NCBI RefSeq assembly: GCF_006345805.1
Contig: NC_043007.1
Location: 62,124,001-62,188,000, forward strand
Reading direction: 5' to 3'
Length of the DNA stretch: 64,000 bases
Source of the DNA: Octopus sinensis
Lineage: Eukaryota
The notes under the pieces were generated by a model. That model was not told where the DNA came from, searched no databases, and saw only the letters and a program-made list of their open reading frames with translations. The position numbers and the translations under genes were made by a program. Below, piece by piece: positions 27,721 through 42,239 of the stretch. The stretch's first letter is position 1; every line of letters begins with the position of its first letter.

Positions 27721-28097
27721 GTTGGTACCCTACCCACAATGCAACACTGCCGACGCACAAGGAATTCGCCGACCATGAAAGCCTATAAGCGCAACATTTT
27801 GACAGCTACATGCCCAGAAACTAACTGGAAGAAAATAAAGAAGCCTGCACATACAACCTTTTCGGCACGCACACGCTTTTCGTCTCGCACCGACGTACAA
27901 ACTCTGCATTGTCTTTGAACTTTTGCACGTACACAAGACTCTCACATAGACTTTCAACAACTATTTTTCTTTGCATGCACATCTTCTTTTCACTTTCAGC
28001 CGTACACGTTTAACCAAGGACACTATTTTCAGCTAAGTTATCATTTTTGCTTATTTTATTGTTCTGTTTGCACTGCACACTTTCATTTGTTTACGAG

Positions 28098-28226
28098 TTA
28101 CACATATTCCACGATGCACACATTCCGCAATGCACATATTCCACGATGCACACATTCCGCAATGCACATATTCAATGAAGCACATTCCGCAATGCACACA
28201 TTCCGCGATGCATAAATTCCGCGACG
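28098..28226. repeat. 15-bp minisatellite (CACATTCCGCAATGC-like)
   Basis: About 8 degenerate tandem units. Confidence 0.8.
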
Positions 28227-30865
28227 ACTCATTTCACTAAAACAGCTAAATTCATGGGCATATCTTTTTGAATGTTCTTTATTATTATTCATATTTTGCA
28301 TGTACTTTTTTTTCGTTCACTTTGAAAATGTTTGTATTGTTGCATACACACAGGCATGCACCTTTCCTCGGCACCTGGCCTTGCACACGCATCTGCACAC
28401 ATTTTTTATACACATGTAACGAACTTAGTGTGTGAATATCTTCTCTTGTACTTTCGGGGTACAAGAAAGCAATCACTAGCCGTTGCTTTAATAATCCAGA
28501 ATTCTACCAGTCAGAAACAACAAGACGCAGACGTAAAATATATATATACTACTTTATTCTCTTTCTTGGTAACAATAACAATAAGTGTGTTATCTGATGT
28601 CCTTGGTTCGGGGCGCGCAAGGCTGAAAGTTAATCGATTGTAATATTTACAATATTCAGCCGCTAAAACCAGAACGGATTCAAGATGGCGTCGAACAGGG
28701 AAGTTGAATGTGGTCGGCAACAATTTGGTTAAAGGCATTCGGCCGACTGCTGCTAGAATCAAGTCCTGACGGAGAGAGAATATACGTGACCGTTGCCTTC
28801 GATAGCCATGTCTCAAAGTCCCCGCTGCTGCTGGACGCTGGTGGTCAACGTCTTACGACCCCCTTGCCTCGGCTAACTGCTACGTAGCAAAAGGGTTCTT
28901 CTTCCGGTGCTTCGCGCATGCGCGAGAGGGCCCTTCCTCTCTCTGCCTTGGTAAAGGCACCAACACGCGCGAAAATAGAAAATGGACGGTGCGCGCGCGC
29001 GCACCGTTATAGTATCACTACACACACATACATGCATCATACATACCTTTCTCGCTTGTTCTTCATGCTCCCTGCATCCTTGTAGACACAACTCGCCTCT
29101 GTAAGACCCTAGGTCGATCACGTATACATAGAGAAATTTGTTTGCCTTTTATGACGCGCCAGCATGCCATACTTTTGCTCCTGCACGTTCAAGCTACTTA
29201 ATACCTCATGCATCAACTGGCATATCCAGTACTGCTTTAATCACTGGCATATTCAACACTGTACATTGTATTTGTAATCACTGCACTAGCAGTGCTGCCT
29301 CAACCCTGCGCACGCATTTACACACACACACAACTCTATTATGCCTCTACTGCCTTTATTTCAACACGTCTGTGTCAGCTCAACTCTTTTCCCGACTCGA
29401 TGCACGTCGGGTGTTCATATGCTCTCTACGCTCGTGTTAGACATAATTTCCTTTGCTAGACCTGTTTGGTCACGTAATGAATAGAGAAAATAATCTGTCT
29501 CGTGCATAATTCCAGTTTGCTACACTGTCGTTCTTGCTAACCTCAGCAATTACCCACAACAACAGCACCAGACACATCTCACTTCTGAAAATCCTTCTAG
29601 GCATTTCACACACTGCAATCCTGCAGGAAGATCTTCGATGTCATGGATTGAGAATACACTCACTCGCTCACCTGAGCTTATTTTACAGTGAATTTTCATA
29701 CGTGCACCTGCACTCGTATATACGGCCTCACGTGCACGCACGTTTTAACTCCTTTTCCGTACTGCCCAGTCGCTGGCTGCACATTTTGGCACGCAAAGCG
29801 ACACCGCCATTCAGACTCACTTGAATAAATATCTGTCCCGTATACACTTCAATGATCTTCTCTCCCGATATGCAAACTTTTTCCTTGGCTATGCATTTCT
29901 TGCTCTTCCTCGATCGTTCGTTTCCTTTTCTCGGAACCTCTCTGGAGGTGATGATGTGAACTTCATGCAGGTATAGCGTGGATTCGATCCTCGATCACCA
30001 AATTTCACTTAACAGTTCAACAGCACTTTTCTCACGGTAAAACAATAGTCTTTCTGTGAATGACTGCAGTTACATTTATCAGATGCCTTCGCTAAGCAGA
30101 ATAATGTCTTTGCCACTTGACCCCTGCTAACTTTTTGTATGCGGTGGAGAGTTAAATTGACAGAACAATAGACGTCCCAAAATACCTATTGTTTGGATAA
30201 CGGTATGTATCTCTTTCTCGCGATCTGACGATAATTATATATACAGAAGATTCCCAAGCAAAAGTTAGTGAGAACCGAGTTTGGCTGACCGGTTGAACAA
30301 AATGCCGTCGCTAAAAAAAGGGCGAAAAGGATAACTATGGTAACTCACCAGCGAAGCATTTGTTTCGTCCCACCACTCTCACTTTCACTCACAAACTTTC
30401 TTTTCTCTGTAATATTACCATATCTCTCTATATGTATTACTATGAGATCGTGTACACACATACCGACCGAAATTAACTCTTTTTACCTCGCATGTTTTTC
30501 CATTTACTAGTTATTGATACCAACCCGTCATGGTTTTGGATAAATACAAAGTAACGGTAAATAAATATTTCTTTAAGACTTCGATCGCTGTTCTTCTTCC
30601 ATCTTGCATACTGGCAACCAACACCTTAACAACAACAACCGTTACAACTGATGATGACTCCGACGTTCCATCCAATTGTTTATCAATTATTGTTTAACCG
30701 TTACATATACATATAGGTAAAACATTAATGAGTGCGTGCGTTACATAAATCATCTTTTCAAGATTAAATAAAAAGACAACAAACGAAAATATGACATACC
30801 TATATATATATACACGTTTTTTTAATTATATCCATAGGTATTTCATATTTTCCAATTGTTGTCTT

Positions 30866-30914
<49 letters not shown>

Positions 30915-30929
30915 AGATATGCTGTGACT

Positions 30930-31387
30930 GCGAAGATCCGACAGATAACGTGAGTTCAAGGCTGTTTCCTACAGCAGCTTCACATAGAAGCCCCAGCCCA
31001 TCCAAAGTACCTTGGATCGCAGGACGGCCTGTTGTGTTTACTTTGGATCGTAGGGTGACCTGCTGTGCTTGAGGAGACCTATTGAGTCAAGTACATCAAC
31101 ATCAAAAATCAAATGGAAATTGTAGTTGTGATACCTGTGCCGGTGGCACATAAAAAGTATCATCCGAACGTGGTCGTTGCCAGCCTCGCCTGGCCCCTGT
31201 ACCGGTGGCATATAAAAAGTACACACCTCACCCACGGAGTGGTTGGTGTTAGGAAGGGCATCCAGCTGTAGAAACACTGCCAGAACAGACTGGAGCCTGG
31301 TGCAGCCTCCTGGCTTCCCAGACCCCAGTCGAATCGTCCAACCAATGCTAGCATGGAAAACGGACGTTAAACGATGATGATGATGAT
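30930..31387 (+). mobile_element. SINE or RTE-like 3' end with (GAT)n tail
   Basis: Ends GCTAGCATGGAAAACGGACGTTAAACGATGATGATGAT; ttaggaagggcatccagc motif; related piece near 63830-63940. Confidence 0.6.
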
Positions 31388-31394
31388 ATATATA

Positions 31395-31425
<31 letters not shown>

Positions 31426-31524
31426 CATACACACACACACACACGTTTTTTTTAGAAAAAACATAAATCCAGAGTAGGGCAGTCAATATTAAGTACTGTT
31501 AATGATTGAACTGAATTATGATGA

Positions 31525-32666
31525 TTATTCAGGCAAATATTGATATAAGTTTACGGTGGGAGATAATGACTTAACGATCAAACGTGTGCCATTGCATTGT
31601 TTTGGGGGAACCAAATTTCTAATGAGCATTATAGGGGCACCAACTTTAAGTTTGAGAATGTGTGGTGGTAGTCCGGGGTGCTCAAAGGAATTGAGTACCT
31701 CTATTGGATAGTTGATGACGTACTCTGGCTCAGGAGTTGTATCGATAGACTTATATACATAGACTTCCCCAGGAATGAGTTTTAGCATTTCATCATTAAT
31801 ATGGTGAACAGTTTTATTTCTCGGGGCCAGAATAGCCCTTTGGCCAATCCAATCCATATTCTGATAATTAGCTTGTAGATCTGGGAACACTGCATCTCTG
31901 AGATCAGAAGGCGTTTTAACAATGGTACAAATGGAATCGATGGCAATATTACTATTTTCATCCCCTGGTATTTTGCCTTCGCCAAGTGCAAGGAGGGTGT
32001 GAGAAAATGCTGCTGATGTGATATTACGTCGCATATGAGCACGCATATTGGTGTGAAGTTTGAGATTCTTCACCAGTGGCCACAATGTGGATGACTTAAG
32101 ACACGCACTTACTGCATCAGCTCTAGTTCCTTGGGAATAACGAGAAGTGTTTGTCGGAGGTCCCCTGAAAGAAGAAGTGTTATGCTTCCCATGGGTGCTG
32201 AAGAGTGTTTGATGTCTCTGAGAGATCTATCTAGTGCCTCAAGAGTACGTCTGTGGGCCATCGTGCATTCATCCCAAACGATAAGCTTGCATCGTCTGAA
32301 GACTTCTGCCTGATCGGAACTGTTACTGATGTTGCAAGTTGGTGTCTCAGTCTTCGCTAAGTCAAGCGGAAGCTTGAAAGTGGAGTGAGCTGTCCTGCCG
32401 CTTGGCAACAAAGTAGCCGCAATTCCAGATGATGCCACAGCTAGGGCAATGCCTTGTGTTCGCCTAATCTCAGCCAATATTAATTTGTTGACAAAAGTTT
32501 TCCCAGTGCCCCCAGGAGCGTCCTGGAAAAAAATCCTCCCAGTTTTGGCCCGGACTGAATTAACAACGGAGTTGTAAGCGAACTTGTGTTCTGGAAGGAG
32601 CTTTGGCACATTGTCGGCTATGTACTCGGCAAGCTCATCAACATTAAAACATGTCTCACGCAGCAA
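31525..32666 (-). pseudogene. Helitron PIF1-like helicase fragment, frameshifted tandem copy
   Basis: Identical to 33044-34186 apart from a 1-bp deletion near 32130 (ttccttggg vs ttcctttggg). Confidence 0.85.
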
Positions 32667-32914
32667 ATGTGAAGACAGAGTGTTTGTGCCTTCCCGGTTT
32701 GTTGAAGGTAGGCCATAGACCGCAAGGCACTACCGCCCATATCAAGTACAGTATCTTCGAACGTAGTTTGTTACCACACAGCCACACCTGCCCCTATGTA
32801 TGTGTGTGTGTGTGCGTGTGTGTGTATGGGTAGATATATTATGCATGTATATATGTGTATATATATATGTGTATATATATATGTGTACATATTACATGTA
32901 CATCTATATATATA

Positions 32915-32945
<31 letters not shown>

Positions 32946-33043
32946 CATACACACACACACACACGTTTTTTTAGAAAAAACATAAATCCAGAGTAGGGCA
33001 GTCAATATTAAGTACTGTTAATGATTGAACTGAATTATGATGA

Positions 33044-34186
33044 TTATTCAGGCAAATATTGATATAAGTTTACGGTGGGAGATAATGACTTAACGATCAA
33101 ACGTGTGCCATTGCATTGTTTTGGGGGAACCAAATTTCTAATGAGCATTATAGGGGCACCAACTTTAAGTTTGAGAATGTGTGGTGGTAGTCCGGGGTGC
33201 TCAAAGGAATTGAGTACCTCTATTGGATAGTTGATGACGTACTCTGGCTCAGGAGTTGTATCGATAGACTTATATACATAGACTTCCCCAGGAATGAGTT
33301 TTAGCATTTCATCATTAATATGGTGAACAGTTTTATTTCTCGGGGCCAGAATAGCCCTTTGGCCAATCCAATCCATATTCTGATAATTAGCTTGTAGATC
33401 TGGGAACACTGCATCTCTGAGATCAGAAGGCGTTTTAACAATGGTACAAATGGAATCGATGGCAATATTACTATTTTCATCCCCTGGTATTTTGCCTTCG
33501 CCAAGTGCAAGGAGGGTGTGAGAAAATGCTGCTGATGTGATATTACGTCGCATATGAGCACGCATATTGGTGTGAAGTTTGAGATTCTTCACCAGTGGCC
33601 ACAATGTGGATGACTTAAGACACGCACTTACTGCATCAGCTCTAGTTCCTTTGGGAATAACGAGAAGTGTTTGTCGGAGGTCCCCTGAAAGAAGAAGTGT
33701 TATGCTTCCCATGGGTGCTGAAGAGTGTTTGATGTCTCTGAGAGATCTATCTAGTGCCTCAAGAGTACGTCTGTGGGCCATCGTGCATTCATCCCAAACG
33801 ATAAGCTTGCATCGTCTGAAGACTTCTGCCTGATCGGAACTGTTACTGATGTTGCAAGTTGGTGTCTCAGTCTTCGCTAAGTCAAGCGGAAGCTTGAAAG
33901 TGGAGTGAGCTGTCCTGCCGCTTGGCAACAAAGTAGCCGCAATTCCAGATGATGCCACAGCTAGGGCAATGCCTTGTGTTCGCCTAATCTCAGCCAATAT
34001 TAATTTGTTGACAAAAGTTTTCCCAGTGCCCCCAGGAGCGTCCTGGAAAAAAATCCTCCCAGTTTTGGCCCGGACTGAATTAACAACGGAGTTGTAAGCG
34101 AACTTGTGTTCTGGAAGGAGCTTTGGCACATTGTCGGCTATGTACTCGGCAAGCTCATCAACATTAAAACATGTCTCACGCAGCAA
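33044..34186 (-). mobile_element. Helitron RepHel-derived PIF1 (SF1B) helicase fragment
   Basis: DAPGGTGKT, AVASSGIAA, GRTAHS, IVWDECTM, GDLRQTLLV, AILAPRN, LKVGAPIMLIRN, CNGTRL. No Rep domain, the last helicase motifs are missing, and the start is non-ATG. Confidence 0.9.
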
Positions 34187-35072
34187 ATGTGAAGACAGAG
34201 TGTTTGTGCCTTCCCGGTTTGTTGAAGGTAGGCCATAGACCGCAAGGCACTACCGCCCATATCAAGTACAGTATCTTCGAACGTAGTTTGTTACCACACA
34301 GCCACACCTGCCCCTATGTATGTGTGTGTGTGTGCGTGTGTGTGTATGGGTAGATATATTATGCATGTATATATGTGTATATATATATGTGTATATATAT
34401 ATGTGTACATATTACATGTACATCTATATATATATATATATATACATCTACACATAAAATACAAAATACAAAGTTATATCTTGATATCGCTAGTGATAAC
34501 AATACTCAAAATATATAACAGACTGGAATTGTAGTCTCTTGCAATTTCGATCAATTGGATCTTGTCCTCCCTCTTGTATAGAAGTGTACGGCTGCAGCGA
34601 AATTCATTTTTGGACTTTCTTCTATCGAAGGCATTTTAACAAAAATGCTTCCGTAAAGACGGTGAAAATATTGTCAATTTCCCCAAACAGGGACACAATT
34701 CAATTTTTAAACAATAACCAAAGCCCCTTCTCCGAAAGGGGGAGGGTTACGGTTTACAATTATTTAACAAATGCAACACAACAACGTTTGCCTGACAAGG
34801 AACCAACAAACGTGATTACAATAGTCAAACAGTAATAATAATAACAACAAACCTTTTTAATTTATCCCCATTTATGTGAAACCACTTATTCAAGTTCAAG
34901 TCATAGATGCAATTTTATACGAATTGCTAATACACACACACACACATAATAAGGGTGAAAAATTGAATATTAATTTGATTAATATGAATTGAAAACCAGT
35001 GGTGTAGCATATAAGACCATAGCGGATCTTCCTCTAGCAAAAAGGATGACCTCTATTAATGGCTCATCCCTG

Positions 35073-35120
<48 letters not shown>

Positions 35121-35787
35121 ACACACGCACACACACACACACACACACCTTAGCTTACAATTTTCTTTCAACAATTGACACTGTCTTAAAAAGTATATGT
35201 TTGCGTGTCTATGTGTGTAAAGAGGAAGTGGGAGTAATAGGCGGAGTAAAGCCTTTGAAGTGAGAGAGGGAAATCGTAAAATATTGAGTTTTCTCGAATT
35301 TTTGCTTAATTGGGGGTGAAATTGAAAGAAATTTATATGCCATGACCGAATGGATGTACTTGAAAAATCATAGGTAAACTCCAATTGAAGAAATTGTGTG
35401 AGGAGTAAATCATTATGTATTTATTTGTTTCTGTTTGCTCTGTATTTTTTTTTGAGTAGTGGTTTAAGGTACACTTGCAAAGAGAAAGTATGAGAAATTA
35501 TGGTAATAGCATGAGTGAAGCAGTTGAAATTAGAGAGGCAAATCGTAAAATATTTACTTTTCTCGAATTTTTGCTTAATTGGGGGTCAAATAGAAAAAAC
35601 TTTACATGCCATGACCCAATCGAATCTACTTGTAAAAATCGTAGGTAAATTCCAATTGAAGAAATTCTATATTGTAGAATTGTATTAAAAAGGAACATGG
35701 GAACAGGCAGAGAAAATCTGCCTTTTATCATAAGAGATGTATGTATGTACGTGTGGCTATATATACATGCGCGTAGGTGCGTGTGCA

Positions 35788-35871
<84 letters not shown>

Positions 35872-36229
35872 CGTGTGTGTTTTGTGTGTTTGTTGTATGC
35901 ATGCATATTTCCTTTAAATAAAATAATCCCTTAGATCATATGCCAACCCAGCTGGTTTTTCTTTCTTTTTTTTTTTTTAGATATGGTACGTTTCTCTTAT
36001 TTCGGCTTTTCAGATAGGAATTTCCTTGAGTTTGAAGAGCCGAAAGAAATAACACAAAGTATTTTGTCCAGCGCTTAAACAGTTTTGCCTGCTCGCTACC
36101 TTAAAAGCAGCATAAATCATACAACACCAATTAACACACTAATAAACACACAATTTTCATAAAAATTGGACAAAAAAGAAAACTGGCAACATTTGTAACC
36201 AGTATAAATCATAAAACTAACAACAAAAC

Positions 36230-37800
36230 GCTGTTTAATGTAATTAGCATAATCATAAATAACAACAACAGCTACATCACGCTCAAATCATATATTCACA
36301 GTACGACACCAAACGAAAGCCCTTAGCAAGTATTTTCCAAAAACAGCCATCAAAAAGCACACGGTGACGGTAAGAATACAAAACGACAAATTCGCCCATT
36401 CTCCTGTACCACGATTTCAACCCCTTCCTTCCAAAATGAATAAGGAACTCTAAAAATACATAAGCCTCGCGGTCAGACAAAATCACAACTGAAATACGAA
36501 GAGCGTGAAGGAAGCCTAGCATACACTAATGTCTACAACGACCAAATTCTTAGAATCTGGAAGCTAGACGAAATCAAAATTATCCAGGTGAAGTAATATC
36601 ACACAGAACTATTATCTTCCTATGCACACTTCAAAAATTCTAGAGCGGTTAATCCTTAATATCTCACACATCCTTCCCCGCAATACTTCAGATCATGACC
36701 ACAACACACAACCACCTCAACTATTCATGGACTTAACTCTGAAAATACATGATCGCAACGACAACGACAAAAAAAAATTAATAAACACCCACACGTACCG
36801 TTCTAATTACCATCCACATCAACAAAGCTTTCGCGTTCATTCCTCGCTATCCACTCGTACAAATAATTTCAAAACCACCTCAAGAAACAACACAAAAGTT
36901 TCGCCAGCAAACTACTTTTCAGACCACCAAACCAAATTAGTGTTAAAAAATATTTCCTGCGACTGACATTCCCTTTCCCTCGCCCCCAATGGGCCACCAC
37001 AAAGATCCAAACCTTCATTCATTCTTCTCCGTCTTCGCCTACACGACTTTGTCACATCTCCGGAAAACATACTATCCCGTATGCAGATGTCATCACTCTC
37101 ACGTCCTCTAGCCACTAATCTAATCCTATTTAAATTACAAAGAAACCTGGCTCCACAGACTTACCAAATCCCCTTTTGCCTCTTACCAACAACACCAGAG
37201 AACATCGCTTACAGCTAACAGTTACGCACAACGCTATAAGCATTATACGTGCAAACTGGAGAAAGACAAAAATACTAGGAGTTATGAACAACTTTTCTAC
37301 AATATTTAGATCATACAGATAACTTAGTAAAGAAAGCAAGACAACGCACGAACATACTTAGAGCAATCAGAGGGACCATTTTTTTAAATCTAAGGGGAAA
37401 AAAAAATGACAATGTTCTAAAAGAAAAACAACAATGGTGTACAAACAATATCTTGGATACATCATGGACTCTGCCAGACTTGCCTGAACGCCCTGTCTCT
37501 CAAAGAACAAACCACAATAAACTACGAAAAATATAAAACAACCGACTACGCATCATAACAAGTTGTATGCAGCCTACCCCGACAAACTACTAACAAAAAG
37601 AAACAAAACCATTTAAAATGAAAGAAAACCAGTTGGACATATGAGAGTTTGTTGCTGCAAGTTACAAACTACCACAGCTTTTATCACTACATGAAGAACC
37701 ACTTCCAAATATATACAACACATATACAACACCGCAGAGACTTTCTACTACATTCTAAAACCACCCCTCTCTCACTTAGTCCGTAAAAGCATATAAAAAT
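36230..37800 (+). mobile_element. Decayed LINE reverse transcriptase region
   Basis: A/C-rich strand with degenerate GPPQRS (GVPQGS-like) and YADV (YADD-like) motifs near 36990-37090. Confidence 0.5.
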
Positions 37801-38807
37801 AAACACAGATATAACTGCAATATCAATTGTACTGAGTTGAATATCTCCGTCAGAATGTGCAAGGGAGCAGCAACTGCCTGCTCTGACCTGTCTATCCCGC
37901 TCACCTGCGCTGTAGTCTTTACATAAATCTACGAGTATACAGGAATGATCTGGGAAATCGAAAAAGCGGTGTGTCCCGGATTCTCATGTCGCACCTCATA
38001 CAATATAACACTGTTGCACACACGTAATATAACAATGCATGCCGGAGTATTCAGTGTTGTACGTGTTTAGACGGACAGACGATACAACTGGAAAGAACAA
38101 TTTTTGACATATAAGTGTGTCATAGGACTGCTCGATGAGGGCTAACTTGGGACAACACAAAACTACTTACATTGAGGACTTTGATAAACCAATCAGCTTT
38201 ATGTGTCTCAACAAATTCAGGTTGCACAATTTATATGTAGAAACATCAATGGATTCAGATAATCGATTCAGAATAACATGCGTTATTGAGAGAGATGTTA
38301 TTTTTAGCTGGTCACTCGATCTGTTAAATGTAGAACAACAGTGGCGGTGGAGTAGAGCTAGATGTGCAAACCACACAGGGCAATCACTTTCTAAACGTGT
38401 GTTTGTTGTAGTCGGAGGTATGTTACATTTAAGGAAGAATGTGGATACTGCACAGGAGTGGGGTGGGGGTACAAATCTCAAGCTATGCCACAAAGTACAT
38501 ACCTCCAAAGTACACACTATTGTCTGAGAGAGAGAAAAAAATGGATATTGGATAATGTAAACCGAAATATGTGATCGGTGAAAAGAAGATGGATATTTGT
38601 GCTTGATCACAAATCTCAATCAGGAATACCTTGAGTCAAAGCATCAATAACAACGAGAATAATAATAACATAGAGGGAAGCAGATATATTTCATTCTTCT
38701 ATATTTCAGATATATATTTCAGACTTATCTGTAAAGTTAATTTGTCGAAATTTTCGTCAAAAAGAAATGCAGAGAAAAATTTTTCGAAATAAATTCAATG
38801 TACTTAC

Positions 38808-39957
38808 CTAAATAAATTTGCCAGTCTTCAGTGCTGAAAGCTTTGACAAGAGACCGACCGATAAAAAACAGCAGTGAAGAACTTGCTATGAGCGCTTCAG
38901 GTAAACAACATTGCATCAATCTCATGAAAATCACTGTTATGACTGGTATTACAAATGACGAGACTGCTCCATAGTTTCCAATCTTTACAGAATCCCAGCA
39001 GAAAGGCGAATTTAGGACATAGAGTGTATCAATATCAAATTGTCCAATGACGCTTTGTGACAATGCTGCAAAAGCTAACAGACAAAGCCAGAACTTCAAT
39101 TTGTTGGGTTTAGGTTTATTTTTGCTACCAGTATAAAATTTTAGCGTTCTGAGAATGCTTTTCTTCGGAGAAAGATCTGAAAAACTTCCTTTTTTCACGG
39201 TTTCTGGAACAATAAATATGAAGATAATCGAACTGAATATTGAGAGACTTGTAGCAAATACAAGCGGCCAAAAGAATCCTGTTGCACGAATGAAATAACC
39301 GGCAGACATATTTGCCAATCCAAAACAAACATGGAAAATACTATCTGATGCTACAAGAAAGAATGACCGCTTTTCGTTCTTTGGTGTAATGTCTGCTGTA
39401 TAGGCATATGTTACCAAAATAGACAAAAAATAACTCCCAGAAAAGCCTTCAGTCATGTATCCTAATATCAAATATTCTGTACGGAGGTGAAATTTCATCA
39501 CAATACCATATATAACGTATTTTATCATGTGTCCGAATGCATTGAGAAGAAATACTGCTTTTCTGCCAAGAACATCGGTCCATGATCCAGCGATAAGGAC
39601 CGTAATGATGCTTGGTATTCCATAACATAGAGAAAAATATTGCAACCATTGTGCATTGATAGCTTGGACTTGCTGTTGGATGGCATAACCAGGCAAAGAT
39701 TTATTAACGAAGCAGTGCCCCAGACGTAAGTTATCGTCATCACTGGAATGGACTGTGATGTTCGATTCTTCAAGGTACTCCTTACTGATTTTTGCGTAAA
39801 GGAATTGCGTCATCACAGGATAACCGATCGCCGAGGCGCACGACTGGAGTACATGAACGACAAAATACATATAATGACGCCAGCTGACATTCTCCACTAA
39901 AGATTCTGATCTCTGTAGTTGTTTCTTGGAAGCAGCACCATTTTCTTCTGTAGCCAT
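38808..39957 (-). CDS. slc46a: SLC46-family MFS transporter, variable exon D (~TM1-10)
   Basis: Intact 1150-nt exon (383 codons + 1). TQFLYAK, GSWTDVLGRK, YAYTAD, SPFCWD. Consensus donor TTAG|GTAAGT at the homologous position. Confidence 0.92.
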
Positions 39958-40847
39958 TGTGTCTTAGAGCAGAATTATTAAGGTTATATTCAGTATTTAA
40001 CTTGTTTTCGCTTAGTTTTGATAGGTGTGTGCTTGTTGGCCGATATGACTTCTGTTATATAGATATGTATGCATGCATGCATGTATGTATGCATGTATGT
40101 ATGTATGTATGTATGTATGTATGTTTTCACATATATGCAAGCATATATGTATAACCGTGTGTGTGAGAGAGACCGAGAGACACAAACAGACAGACAGTAG
40201 ATAAAGGATATAGTAATATGTGCATATTCATATCTTATCAATACATATACACACAAAAATATATACATACATATATTCATGCATACACATACACACACAC
40301 ACACTCACACACACATCTGTACAGACACTCTGAGCACACATCCCCTATGTCTTTGTCTCTCTCTCTCTCTTTCTCTCACACACACATACATACATACATA
40401 ACACACACGCAAGCATGCATGCATATATACATAGGAGATATGCAATCAGTCATAATCATCATGAAATGAATTTTTTTTCTTTTTCAGTATTTTTTTCCTT
40501 TCCTTATCTTTTATCGAATTCTTTCAGTTATGAAGAGAAGATTGGTGCGAAAAATGCTACGTAATAAAAGCAAAATGATTTTGGACGGAAATTCCAAAAT
40601 ATTCTTATTTATTTTACTTTGTTGACTTTTGCAAAGTCAGGGGTGAGTGTGATGTGTATGTAGAAACAAGTTGGACTTGAATTTCTGGGTTTTCACTTCC
40701 GCTTAGAAAGCCAGCCATTTCATAAATCAACCAATAAGCAAGTAATTCGATTGATATTTTGGAAGAGACCAGGATTTTGAATACTATTGTTAATAGAAAT
40801 TGGTTTGAATGGTACAACTATATCATTCATGGACTCCACCCTTTCAT

Positions 40848-41850
40848 AAGGCGACGAGCTGGCAGAAACGTTAGCACGTCGGACGAATTGCGTAGCCGTA
40901 TTTCCTCTGCCGTTACGTTCTGAGTTCAAATTCCGCCGAGGTCGACTTTTCCTTTCATCCTTTCGGGGTCGATTAATTAAGTACCAGTTACGCACTGGGG
41001 TCAATATAATCGACTTAATACCTATGTATGTCCTTGTTTGTCCCCTCTGTGTTTAGCCCCTTGTGGGTAATAAAGAAATATGTATTTCGTCTGCCGTTAC
41101 GTTCTGAGTTCTGAGATCGACTTTACCTTTCATCCTTTCGAGGTCGATAAATTAAGTACCAGTTACGCACTGGGGTCGATGTAATCGACTTGATACCTAT
41201 GTCTGTCCTTGTTTGTTCCCTCTATGTTTAGCCCCTTGTGGGTAATAAAGAAATAGGTATTTCGTCTACCGTTACGTTCTGAGTTCAAATTCCGCCGAGG
41301 TCGACTTTGCCTTTCTTCCTTTCGGGGTCGATTAAATAAGTACCAGTTACACACTGGGGTCAATGTAATCGACTTAATCCGTTTGTCTGTCCTTGTTTGT
41401 CCCCTCTGTGTTTAGCCCTTTGTGGGTAGTAAAGAAATAGGTATTTCGTCTGCCGCTACGTTCTGAGTTCAAATTCCGCCGAGGTCGACTTTGCCTTTCA
41501 TCCTTTCGGGGTCGATTAAATAAGTACCAGTTACGCACTGGGGTTGATATAATCAACTTAATCCGTTTGTCTGTCCTTGTTTGTCCCCTGTGTGTAGCCC
41601 CTTGTGGGCTGTAAAGAAATAGGTGTGAGGGTGGCGAGCTGGCAGAACTGTTAGCACGCCGGGTGAAATGCGTAGCCGTATTTCGTCTGCCGCTACGTTC
41701 TGAGTTCAAATTCCGCCGAGGTCAACTTTACCTGTCATCCTTTCGGGGTCGATCAAATAAGTACCAGTTACGCACTGGGGTCGATGTAATCGACTTAAAT
41801 CCCTTTGCTTGTCCTCTCTGTGTTTAGCCCCTTGTAGGCAATTAAGGAAC
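40848..41850 (+). mobile_element. Head-to-tail array of five SINE units
   Basis: Full heads at ~40850 and ~41630; 5'-truncated units start GTATTTCGTCT at ~41082, ~41257 and ~41441. Confidence 0.88.
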
Positions 41851-42239
41851 AACCCTTTCATACAAATTGTGGGACCTTAATTGTTATATTTCACCTTTTG
41901 AAGCTATTTCCCCCGTTTCCCTTTCTTTGCACATTCTTTTAGTCTTTTACTTTATTCAGTCATTTGACTGCGGCCATGCTGGGACACCACTTTGAAGGGT
42001 TTTTAGTCGAAGATATCGACCCCAGGACTTATTCTTTGTAAGCCTAGTTCTTATTCTATCGGTCTCTTTTGCCGAACCACTAAGTTACGGGGATGTAAAC
42101 ACACCAACATCGGTTGTCAAGCGATGGTGGGGGACAAACACAGACACAAGGACACACACTCATAAATATATACATTAATATACACACACGCACACATATA
42201 CATACATATACATGTGTGTGTATGTGTGTTACTTCGCTA

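Noticed and set aside
28098-28226. CRISPR-like array
   Set aside because: Contiguous tandem units without unique spacers, in eukaryotic DNA.
35215-35670. ~260-bp diverged tandem duplication (also ~100-bp direct repeats at 2320-2420 and 2740-2840)
   Set aside because: Real, but ordinary local intronic duplications with no sign of function.
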